The notes below the pieces were generated by a model. That model had not been told where the DNA came from. It made no database searches and saw only the letters and a list, made by a program, of their open reading frames with translations. Positions 16,526 through 24,422 of a DNA stretch of 64,000 nt are shown piece by piece. The first letter of the stretch is position 1. Every line of letters starts with the position of its first letter. Where the stretch lies: the IMG/VR virus record IMGVR_UViG_3300045988_173642, positions 1 to 64,000 of that record; one strand, written 5' to 3'. The translations under genes were made by a program, and so were the position numbers. Source of the stretch: a virus.

Positions 16526-17854
16526 CTATTTCTTTCCAGGTTTCCTTTCCATATTCTCCTTGAACAACTGCTCAAAGCCTTCGCACGGCATGGTTCCGTT
16601 GGTGGCAAACTTTTCGTAGTTGTCCATGATGTTAGGTGTCTGGCGTTGCAACAGGGCTTCAAGTTCGGTTGGCGATTTGCTCCATCCGTCCAACTCATCC
16701 ATCGCGATTTGCAATGACGTTTTGAGGAACATCGCCGCCTCATGTGTAGGCGGCAAGGCGAATTGCACGAAGAGGGCATTATCCGAGTCGTTGGCCTTGA
16801 GGAACTTGCTAACGGCATCATATTTGAGGAAGAATCTGTCGGCCACCTCTTCTTCGAGAACATCCTCTAAACGGGTCTTCAATTCAAAAGGCGCAGGAAA
16901 CTGATATTCAAAGGCCACATCGCTGCGCATGGAGAGGCAGAACACGCGGTCGCGGTTTTGCGGCACACCATAGTCTTTGGCGTTGAGACGTGCCCAACGG
17001 CTCACATAGCCGAGCGACGAGAGCTTGTCGAGCCACTTTTGAAAGTCGGGCATAAACTTCTGGCTCACCAGTGCCGCCACGTTCTCCTGCAAGAGATACT
17101 TCGGGCGAAGCACCTCCACGGCATCTGCCACGCGCCACAAGAGGGCACTTCGCGTATTGCTACCATCCGTCAATCCCATCTGCTTGCCAGCCTGACTGAT
17201 GTCTTGGCAGGGCGAAGAGTAAGTGAAGAGGTCAACTTCGCTCCCCTGGAGCGACGCCTTGACGGCGTGCCAGTCAATCTTGGTGATGTCGCCAAGAGCG
17301 CGGTTGGCAAACTGCGGAAAGACGAGGTTGTGCATCTGGCAGGCATATTTATCGATGTCGCTCCATCCCATACACGTCCATCGGAAATCGGGATGTCGCT
17401 CCTTCAGCACATCGGCCGCCATGAGCTGAGAATCATAGCCGGAAAACGTCGTGATGATGATTTTCTCGCCACTATCACCTTTGTCAACGGGAAACGCTGG
17501 TAACATCTGCTCGGGAAACATCGTCAACTGCTCATGGCTTTTCACAGGTTGGCTGGGGTACCACAACTGCTCATAGATGTAAGACAACACGTCCACCACA
17601 ATGGAATTACCCGCTTGCTTATATTGCTGACTGGCAGAAACGGCCATCTCCTCTGGCTTACCCTTGGCTTTCCAATCGGGAAGAATGGCCGAAGACTGGG
17701 CGTTGGTGCTCTGCATCGTGCGAATCACGCCCTCACGCACCCCCATCAAACGGAAACATTCGGGGGGGTAAGTTTGCGGATGGCATAGCTTTTGATGGTG
17801 TGGTCGGTGAAATTCAGTTTGGTGATCATTAGTTCGGTTTTTAGTTGTATTCAA
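16526..17854 (-). CDS. DNA (cytosine-5)-methyltransferase catalytic core, circularly permuted motif order (IX-X-I..VIII), no internal TRD
   Basis: Motifs read in order are: PPECFRLMGV (IX), YKQAGNSIVVDV (X), TTFSGYDS (I), SDIDKYA, GDIT, SSPCQDIS (IV, PCQ), QENV (VI) and QNRDRVF (VIII). The ORF-track start at 17854 is a TTG. The natural ATG at 17829 (MITKLNFTDHTIKSYAIRKLTPP...) is out of frame by one nt at the homopolymer 17762-17768. Confidence 0.85.
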   Translation of the reverse strand: MNTTKNRTNDHQTEFHRPHHQKLCHPQTYPPECFRLMGVREGVIRTMQSTNAQSSAILPDWKAKGKPEEMAVSASQQYKQAGNSIVVDVLSYIYEQLWYPSQPVKSHEQLTMFPEQMLPAFPVDKGDSGEKIIITTFSGYDSQLMAADVLKERHPDFRWTCMGWSDIDKYACQMHNLVFPQFANRALGDITKIDWHAVKASLQGSEVDLFTYSSPCQDISQAGKQMGLTDGSNTRSALLWRVADAVEVLRPKYLLQENVAALVSQKFMPDFQKWLDKLSSLGYVSRWARLNAKDYGVPQNRDRVFCLSMRSDVAFEYQFPAPFELKTRLEDVLEEEVADRFFLKYDAVSKFLKANDSDNALFVQFALPPTHEAAMFLKTSLQIAMDELDGWSKSPTELEALLQRQTPNIMDNYEKFATNGTMPCEGFEQLFKENMERKPGKK

Positions 17855-17992
17855 TCATAACGCCTGCATCATTCACATTAGCCTTCAGACATCGGCTTAC
17901 TCCGATAAGGCTTCCACGGTTGAACTCGGCTGTTACTTGCGTAAATACCCCCCGACTTTCGGGATGTGGTAGTTGATTTTGATTTTTGGCAT
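17841..17992 (-). CDS. TRD-like mini-ORF b, frame broken at a 6-nt homopolymer
   Basis: The ATG at 17992 gives MPKIKINYHIPKVGG and then stops early. Adding one nt to the run 17948-17953 joins it to VFTQVTAEFNRGSLIGVSRCLKANVNDAGVMIEYN, which is the ORF-track frame 17841..18023. Confidence 0.4.
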
Positions 17993-18051
17993 ATTGTTTT
18001 ATTATAATTCCACAAACACGCAAACTCCGCCGCCTGACGCGGTCAGAGAGT

Positions 18052-18360
18052 TCACCAACTTACCCCCCCGGCTGTTCTGCTGCGCCTCAGTGCCGAAGAC
18101 GGATAACTGAGGTCGGCAGCTCCGTGGCAGGGGCAATCGGTGTAGCCCAGCTCGGTGGCTTGACGTATGCGAAGGAACGTCTCGCCACCTACGTCCACCA
18201 ACTGAAGGAACGGGCGGTCGGAGGTGGAGTAGATGCGGTAGAGCGAGCCGTCGGGATAGCGTCCATACAGTTTGCCGTCCTTGCGGATGGTGCCGCGCTT
18301 ATAGTGAGGCGGGGCACTTCGGGGCGCAGGTTGGTTTTTGCGGGGTTTTAGTGAAACCAT
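18052..18360 (-). CDS. TRD-like ORF a (102 aa as sequenced; 119 aa ending at 18002 if the 7-nt homopolymer had 8 nt)
   Basis: The string LRIRQATELGYTDCPCHGAADLSYPSSALRRSRTAGG matches the ATKKGY...S.TRRGRVG TRD pattern of phage C5-MTases. With one extra nt at 18063-18069 it continues GKLVNSLTASGGGVCVFVEL followed by a stop. Confidence 0.45.
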   Translation of the reverse strand: MVSLKPRKNQPAPRSAPPHYKRGTIRKDGKLYGRYPDGSLYRIYSTSDRPFLQLVDVGGETFLRIRQATELGYTDCPCHGAADLSYPSSALRRSRTAGGVSW

Positions 18361-18365
18361 GTGCG

Positions 18366-19544
18366 CTATCCTTTCGCCTTGAAGTTGTATATCGGTTTTA
18401 TGCGCTTCACGACTTCCACTGTATCGCCTATAAGCGATTCAATTTCTTCGGCCGACTTATATGCCATTGGCGACTCGTCGATGGTTGACTCGCAGACGGA
18501 TGTAGAGTATATGCCCTGCATTTCCTTGCTGTATTCCTCCATAGTAAGCGTTTCCTTTGCCTTGGCTCTCGACATAAGGCGACCTGCACCGTGAGGAGCC
18601 GAGCAAAGCCAATCCTCGTTGCCTTTGCCACGGCATATCAACGAACCATCGCGCATATTGAGCGGAATGATGAGCCGCTCGTCCTTTTCAGCTCGCACGG
18701 CTCCTTTTCGGATGATACTTGAGTGGATGTTGAAATAGTTGTGTCTGGTGGTGAAGAAATCCTCGAACGGCATTTGAAGCCCACGAAGGATAGTCATTGC
18801 TATATTCCATCTGTTCTCGTCGGCAAAATCCTGGCAGACGTGCGCAGCAAAATTGTAAGCGTTAAGGTCTTCGCCTTCAAGATAGGCGAGGTCGGAAGGT
18901 ACCGTACCTAAGCGACGCAACGTATTGTTAATCTCTCTCTCCAAACCATACCTCTTTAAGTCTTCGATGATGCGGTTGCGCTCCTCTCTGTGGTTCACAT
19001 TCTTCTGGGCTAAGTGTTGGAAATAGTTGCACACCTTCACACCGAGATTACGACTTCCCGAATGTACAACAAGATACTTACAGCCCTGCTCGTCCTCGTT
19101 AAGTTCGATGAAATGGTTGCCACCACCGAGAGAACCAAGCGAACGTTCGATATAGTCGAGGTCGAAGCAACCTTCTGTACGTTCGTGCAAAACGTCCAAA
19201 CAACGTAACATTAACGGACTCATTTCTTTTAGTTTGGACTTTTCGTAAACGTCAAATCCGCTCGGCACCGACTCGTTGATGATTCGGTCGAGAAGCGAAA
19301 GGTTTACATCCTTCTTGCCGAGCTGAACTACCAACATGCCACAGCCTATATCTACGCCTACGGTATTTGGTACAACCTTGCCGGCAATCTTAATTACCGT
19401 GCCAATCGTGCTCCCCTTGCCGGCATGACAGTCGGGCATAATGCGTATCTGACAGTCGCGATAAGCCTCGCTCGCTGCCATTCTCTTAATCTGTTCCTTC
19501 GCCTCCTGCTCAATGGTCTTGGCGAAAATCTTTACGTTCTTCAT
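18366..19544 (-). CDS. rtcB: RtcB-family RNA 3'-phosphate/5'-OH ligase
   Basis: Conserved RtcB strings are present: MPDCHAGKG, GGGNHFIEL, VVHSGSRNLG and SAPHGAGR. Length is 392 aa. Confidence 0.9.
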   Translation of the reverse strand: MKNVKIFAKTIEQEAKEQIKRMAASEAYRDCQIRIMPDCHAGKGSTIGTVIKIAGKVVPNTVGVDIGCGMLVVQLGKKDVNLSLLDRIINESVPSGFDVYEKSKLKEMSPLMLRCLDVLHERTEGCFDLDYIERSLGSLGGGNHFIELNEDEQGCKYLVVHSGSRNLGVKVCNYFQHLAQKNVNHREERNRIIEDLKRYGLEREINNTLRRLGTVPSDLAYLEGEDLNAYNFAAHVCQDFADENRWNIAMTILRGLQMPFEDFFTTRHNYFNIHSSIIRKGAVRAEKDERLIIPLNMRDGSLICRGKGNEDWLCSAPHGAGRLMSRAKAKETLTMEEYSKEMQGIYSTSVCESTIDESPMAYKSAEEIESLIGDTVEVVKRIKPIYNFKAKG

Positions 19545-19575
19545 ACTGTATATTTCTATAAATCCTTTTATATTG

Positions 19576-19977
19576 TTAGATTAAATCCAGTCCTAATGCC
19601 GGATTTTCTTCAAAATCATACCTAACATCTCTGTTCATTTCCCACGAGATGGGTGTTTCATCGAAAATGTCTACTTCACTATTTTTTATGGCTTCAACAC
19701 ACAGAAGATACTCTTCCTTACAAGAAGAAACCGGAAATTCAACAGAGCAAGACTCCCAACGCAAATTGGGGCGAGTGCCGTCTTTTTGTGGTTTTCCCTT
19801 AACCATAAGAAATATTTCAAGAATCATACCGGCATCAACATTGCGAACTTTGGCACATAGGACGCCATAACCGATTGGTTTCACGTAAATGTGAACTCCT
19901 TCTTTCTCGCCTAAGTAGCGGTAGCTGCTATTGTGCAAAGCCTTATTTAAAATTCTGAAACTCATAATACTATTCAA
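19576..19977 (-). CDS. hypothetical protein
   Basis: 133-aa ORF overlapping the upstream gene's stop by 8 nt. Confidence 0.5.
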   Translation of the reverse strand: MNSIMSFRILNKALHNSSYRYLGEKEGVHIYVKPIGYGVLCAKVRNVDAGMILEIFLMVKGKPQKDGTRPNLRWESCSVEFPVSSCKEEYLLCVEAIKNSEVDIFDETPISWEMNRDVRYDFEENPALGLDLI

Positions 19978-20437
19978 ATTTTAGATCCAATTTTTCCTGC
20001 CATTTCTTATCGAGGATAGAACCGACGACCTCAAATTCTTGCAAATAATCTTGCGTTAGAGTGGAACGATGGCCGTCTGAAAAACCAACGACGGAAGACT
20101 CTGGATTTTTAATATCCATGAGGTAGAACATGGCAGTTTCGTCATTCCAACCTATCATACCGAAATAATTATCGCGTTTATTGTCTTCGATGCGGCTAAA
20201 CGGATAAAGGTCTGACCGCAACACGTCACCTTCATATATCTCCTTGCCGTTCTTGTCATAGAATCCGGTGTTCTGGGCGACGGTCTTGTAGTCAACCTCA
20301 TAAGGAATATTTCGGTTCAACATACTTACATTTTGACGATTCTCAATAATGTATGTATTACCATTTTCTTGATAAAAATAACCGCAAACCCATTCATTAT
20401 TGTCAAGGCGTCTTGCTCTAAATTTGATTGTTCTCAT
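19970..20437 (-). CDS. YopX-family phage protein
   Basis: Shows IKFRA....W..GYF, TGFYDKNGKEIYEGDV and a C-terminal EVVGSI pattern, all typical of YopX. Confidence 0.7.
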   Translation of the reverse strand: MRTIKFRARRLDNNEWVCGYFYQENGNTYIIENRQNVSMLNRNIPYEVDYKTVAQNTGFYDKNGKEIYEGDVLRSDLYPFSRIEDNKRDNYFGMIGWNDETAMFYLMDIKNPESSVVGFSDGHRSTLTQDYLQEFEVVGSILDKKWQEKLDLKFE

Positions 20438-20478
20438 GTTTTCTATAAATCATTTTTTATGCTATTACACTGTTAATC

Positions 20479-21579
20479 CTATCTTCTTCTCATCTGCTCC
20501 AAATCCTCGTTCTCCTTGGAAAGGCGTTCGAGGTGTTCAAGAACGAGAGAATACGATTGATTATTGATTTTGTCTTCATCCAAACCCGTGTACTTCTGCA
20601 TGGTGGCGATGGTGGCCGTGTAGATTTCCAACGGGGTGTTGGGACGTTCCTTGCGCGAAATTTTCTGCACCTTGAAGACGTGGGGGAAACGGCGAGAGAG
20701 CACCTGCATCATGCCTGTCCACCAGAAGAGGATGGGTTGCCACTGATGGTCGGGGAATTTGAGGAAAAAGGAGGCGTTGGCCGTTGTTTGCCGCGCATCA
20801 AAATGGAAATCTTTAACGGGCAAATGGGTATTCGCGTCGAGGAACGAGATGCGGCGGTTGAAGATGGTGGCGAGAAACATGGCGCGAGCCACATTCACGC
20901 TGTTGGCCTGCTGAGAGAGCTGCTCCTCCGTAAACTTTCCAATTTGCTTCATGCGAATGAGATTATTGGAAAGCGTGGTATATTGCCCCATGAGGTCGGC
21001 GGCAAATCGATATTGTTGCCAAGAGAATCCATCCATGTCTGTCGGCACGCCCATGAACTCCGTGCGGCGGCGCAACCAAGGGCCTTTGCTTCGGCGGCAA
21101 AGGGTGGGGTAGGGAAAACGGGTGAGTACGAAACTGCTGTCGCCATCGAGCCAGTCGAGTAGGCCGGCACCTGCCGCTTTGTATTCGGCCGACTGGCGGT
21201 CGTCGGTCTTCGCCTTTGGCGAAAGCCAATAGTTGATTTGCCAGAGATAGACGGGGAAAGGGGCGTTGTCCTTGCGCTGCCGACCACGCCGGCGGAACCA
21301 ACTGCGCCCACGCTTGCCGAGAGGCTTGGAGGAGAAACGACATACGTAGCATTGCTCCTCAATTGGCCGAAAAACGTCTGGCCCTTCAATAATCTCCATC
21401 CCAGAGAAAAGGAAGAAGCAAGCAATCTTCACGTTGCGCATATCGAAAGGATGATAGCGATCAGCGCGGTCAATCTGCTCAAGGATGATGCGAGAGATGA
21501 GTTCCAGTTGCTCCGTGGTGCATTCGTTCCAGGAACGGGGCAAGGTGAGATTGATGTTTCGAGTGTCTGATATTACCAT
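20479..21579 (-). CDS. hypothetical protein
   Basis: 366-aa ORF. Its ATG overlaps the endolysin stop region. Confidence 0.55.
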   Translation of the reverse strand: MVISDTRNINLTLPRSWNECTTEQLELISRIILEQIDRADRYHPFDMRNVKIACFFLFSGMEIIEGPDVFRPIEEQCYVCRFSSKPLGKRGRSWFRRRGRQRKDNAPFPVYLWQINYWLSPKAKTDDRQSAEYKAAGAGLLDWLDGDSSFVLTRFPYPTLCRRSKGPWLRRRTEFMGVPTDMDGFSWQQYRFAADLMGQYTTLSNNLIRMKQIGKFTEEQLSQQANSVNVARAMFLATIFNRRISFLDANTHLPVKDFHFDARQTTANASFFLKFPDHQWQPILFWWTGMMQVLSRRFPHVFKVQKISRKERPNTPLEIYTATIATMQKYTGLDEDKINNQSYSLVLEHLERLSKENEDLEQMRRR

Positions 21580-22127
21580 GTGATTCTCCTTCCTTTGTTG
21601 TCCACCAAATAGCCATAGTTGATGGCATTGACACGGCGATACCAGCCTGCCATGAAACGCTTTTGTGCCGGACGGTTGCGGATGATGCCATCGATGAAGC
21701 GGAGACGGCGCTTGCGCAATTTCTCAAAGAAAACAGGAGCATAAACGTTGTTGAGCGCAGCGAGCGTTTTCGGCCCAACGATGCCATCGGCCGTCACGCC
21801 AAGCAACTTCTGAGGAATGATGATGCCGTTGACACCACTGGCCCACGTCCAATCAACAAGCGCGTTAGCCAAACTCTGGTCTTCTATGCCGTCGGCCTTC
21901 CAGCGATTCCAATAGTTATTACGCATGATTCCAACGGCGTCTTCAACGGAAATCAGTTTCAAATCTTCCACGTCGATTCTCCCGTCGCCGTTCTTGTCAT
22001 AGCCCTGCGCTTTCCAGGTGGCGATGGTCACACCGCGATTGGTGGCACCGCCCAGGTCGTGCGGGTCGTTGACGTAGCCTCCTTCATAAGAAAGGATGAA
22101 CTTTGCCAATGGTTCGAGTTTTGCCAT
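21573..22127 (-). CDS. endolysin, glycoside hydrolase family 108 with C-terminal peptidoglycan-binding region
   Basis: The GH108 signature EGGYVNDPHDLGGATNRGVT is present near the N terminus. ORF track gives 21573..22259; I trimmed it to the ATG at 22127 (MAKLEPLAKF). Confidence 0.8.
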   Translation of the reverse strand: MAKLEPLAKFILSYEGGYVNDPHDLGGATNRGVTIATWKAQGYDKNGDGRIDVEDLKLISVEDAVGIMRNNYWNRWKADGIEDQSLANALVDWTWASGVNGIIIPQKLLGVTADGIVGPKTLAALNNVYAPVFFEKLRKRRLRFIDGIIRNRPAQKRFMAGWYRRVNAINYGYLVDNKGRRITW

Positions 22128-22243
22128 AATGATGTTCTGGTTAATGAGTTTTTTGTATAACACAAAATTAAAAAAACAGTACCGCCCCATCCGGACATAC
22201 CAGATGGGGCGACACCGCCAAACACATCCCCACCAAGGGAACA

Positions 22244-22286
22244 CAAAAAGCCCTGGCATCTGCCTTCATGGGGCACGACACCAGGG
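22244..22286 (-). terminator. rho-independent terminator
   Basis: On the minus strand, GCCCUGG...CCAGGGC (7 bp) is followed directly by UUUUU. A second hairpin, CGCCCCAUC/GAUGGGGCG, lies at 22182-22210. Confidence 0.6.
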
Positions 22287-22409
22287 CTAATGATTGGGTA
22301 ATAGCGCGTCGATAGGAATGTTACTCAGTTCCGAAGAGGTTGGTCGGGCCTTCTTCATCATTGGGAACATCCTTAGCGATATTGTCTGCGCTCTGTGTTT
22401 CAATATCGC

Positions 22410-22973
22410 TTACTCTTTTTTTGTGGCCAAGAGCGAATCCCAGCCAGATTCTGGCGTCGGAATGTTATAGTAGCCATACGCTGTGGGTTGCAAAGTTCCC
22501 GACAAAGTCACGCTACGGTCGTCGTCTGCCTTCTTACCTGTGTCACCCTTGATGCCGCCAGAGGCAAATTCAAACTTATGCTTAGAGTCGTAAACGATGA
22601 TATTGCTATCGCCGTCCTGGAGGATGAAACCGCAATCAAGGTTGTTCAAAGCGCGACCCACCTTTGCTGTTTCAGCGTTAACTGCTTCAATCACGAAGTC
22701 AACCTGCTGTTTGAACCCTTTCTTTGGGCCCAGGCTTTCATAGCTGAAACCCTGGCTGTTTTCCTTACACTCGAATTTGTAAAGACCCTTGCCAGTGTTA
22801 AACGATTCAGTGGACAAAGCAGCGTAGTCGTTATCCTTTGTCGGTGCCAACGGCGCTTTGAGGTCGCTCTTGACAAAGACATAAACGTTCACGCCAAGGC
22901 CGCCAAAGTTCTCCAGACAATCATTAGCCGCGAGAAGGTCCTTCAATTCCGGACATATTGCTGTTACTGCCAT
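22410..22973 (-). CDS. virion structural protein (major tail or head-decoration candidate)
   Basis: 187-aa ORF immediately downstream of the major capsid gene. It is followed by tandem terminators, and an A7 slippery run sits at its last codons. Confidence 0.55.
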   Translation of the reverse strand: MAVTAICPELKDLLAANDCLENFGGLGVNVYVFVKSDLKAPLAPTKDNDYAALSTESFNTGKGLYKFECKENSQGFSYESLGPKKGFKQQVDFVIEAVNAETAKVGRALNNLDCGFILQDGDSNIIVYDSKHKFEFASGGIKGDTGKKADDDRSVTLSGTLQPTAYGYYNIPTPESGWDSLLATKKE

Positions 22974-23000
22974 AGTTTATGTGTTTTTGTGTGTTGTTAA

Positions 23001-23050
23001 ATAAAAATGGCGACGGCCACTATCTTCCGTCAGGTCAAGCGACCGCCGCC
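23001..23050 (-). terminator. terminator-like hairpin downstream of the major capsid gene
   Basis: On the minus strand, GGCGGCGGUC...GGCCGUCGCC (about 10 bp, including G-U pairs) is followed by AUUUUUAU. The loop is large. Confidence 0.45.
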
Positions 23051-23082
23051 GAGGATTTATAGATGGAAAAACAGCATCGTTG

Positions 23083-24372
23083 TTAACCGTTCTTCTTGAA
23101 GAAGGCCGTCAAGCCCATATTCATGCCAGTGGCGGTGAGCTGAAGGGTCTTATTGGTAGAACCGTTGCTCCACGAAACGAACTTGTAAGTTGCGCTGTCC
23201 TCGGCTAAGAGCGTGACAATCTGGTTGGGAGTAGTCGCGATCGGAGTCTTATACTCTACGCCATTTACCTTAACCTTTGCGTCAATATTGCCTGTGTCTG
23301 AATCAGAATGGGCAATGGTAACAACGAGGTTAGAGTTGGTGTAGTCGCCCGACTGGAAGTCTGTGCTTTCGAGGCTTCCGTCTGTGATTGCAAACGAATG
23401 TGCCAGCGTCGACATCACCATTGCTCCCTGTATTGATTGACACTGGAACACAACGTCTCTCAAGTCGTTGTCAGAGCCAAGGGCCACGTCAACTCGAGTC
23501 TGATTGCTCTCGGTGTCAACAGCGTAAATAAGGTTGCCCTCTACTGAGAAGATGATGCGGTCGCCTACACCCATGCCTTCAACAGGCGCGATGGTGACCT
23601 TAGGCAGTTCGGGAATGACATAGTTGCCACCGTCTACAACGTTGAGCTTGTGTGTGCCGTATGACTGGAGCGCGTAACCGTCAGCAATATTGATGGCTGT
23701 CTCGGGCGTCATGTAGGCATAAAGTTTCTGACGACGCAGACGCGGGTCAAGGCTCATGTAAGCATCACGGAAGTTTTTGTAAGCCGAAGAATCGGTAGCG
23801 TTAGCAGGAGCGGTGATCGCCTCACAGTGAATGAGGTTATGGTTTGTCTCGCTGATGATACCGTCCTCAATGTCGTGATTGATGCAAGTGATAAAACCGT
23901 CGTAAAGGGCCATCGCCTTCTTCTCGTCTGATGCGCCCTCGACATCGTCGTCAATGTTGCCCCACCAGAGGTTGTTGTAAAGATCGTCGGCATGAGTCTT
24001 GATGACGGCTTCCACTGCCACGGTCGAAAGAGGATAAGCACCATGTGCGTCTACACCGAATACTGTCTCACAATATCGGTCTATATTATCCACCCCGCGG
24101 AACCAGGCGAGTCGGGCGGTCAACACACGTTCTTTGATGAATCCGATTTCGCCCTTCATGGTCGGGTTCGTGTCCTTACGACGAGTAGTACCACCCTTGC
24201 GGATGAACACGTTCATGGTGCGCTGGTACTGGATGCCGCTAATGATCTTGATGCCGAGACGATTCATCTCTTCGGGATTAGCAAACGCAGGACCCTGTAC
24301 GACACTTGCGAATACCTGGTTAGCCACTTCCTGAAGTGCGCTAATGCCAATAAAGTCTTTTGGTGTTGCCAT
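23083..24372 (-). CDS. major capsid protein with C-terminal Ig-like extension
   Basis: 429-aa ORF directly after the protease-scaffold gene, which is the canonical order. The C-terminal ~80 aa are beta-rich (KVKVNGVEYKT...YKFVSWSNGSTNKTLQL). Confidence 0.6.
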   Translation of the reverse strand: MATPKDFIGISALQEVANQVFASVVQGPAFANPEEMNRLGIKIISGIQYQRTMNVFIRKGGTTRRKDTNPTMKGEIGFIKERVLTARLAWFRGVDNIDRYCETVFGVDAHGAYPLSTVAVEAVIKTHADDLYNNLWWGNIDDDVEGASDEKKAMALYDGFITCINHDIEDGIISETNHNLIHCEAITAPANATDSSAYKNFRDAYMSLDPRLRRQKLYAYMTPETAINIADGYALQSYGTHKLNVVDGGNYVIPELPKVTIAPVEGMGVGDRIIFSVEGNLIYAVDTESNQTRVDVALGSDNDLRDVVFQCQSIQGAMVMSTLAHSFAITDGSLESTDFQSGDYTNSNLVVTIAHSDSDTGNIDAKVKVNGVEYKTPIATTPNQIVTLLAEDSATYKFVSWSNGSTNKTLQLTATGMNMGLTAFFKKNG

Positions 24373-24422
24373 AGTCTTGTTTAATTTTTGTGTTGGTTGT
24401 GTTTTGTGATTGTCTTGTGTTG

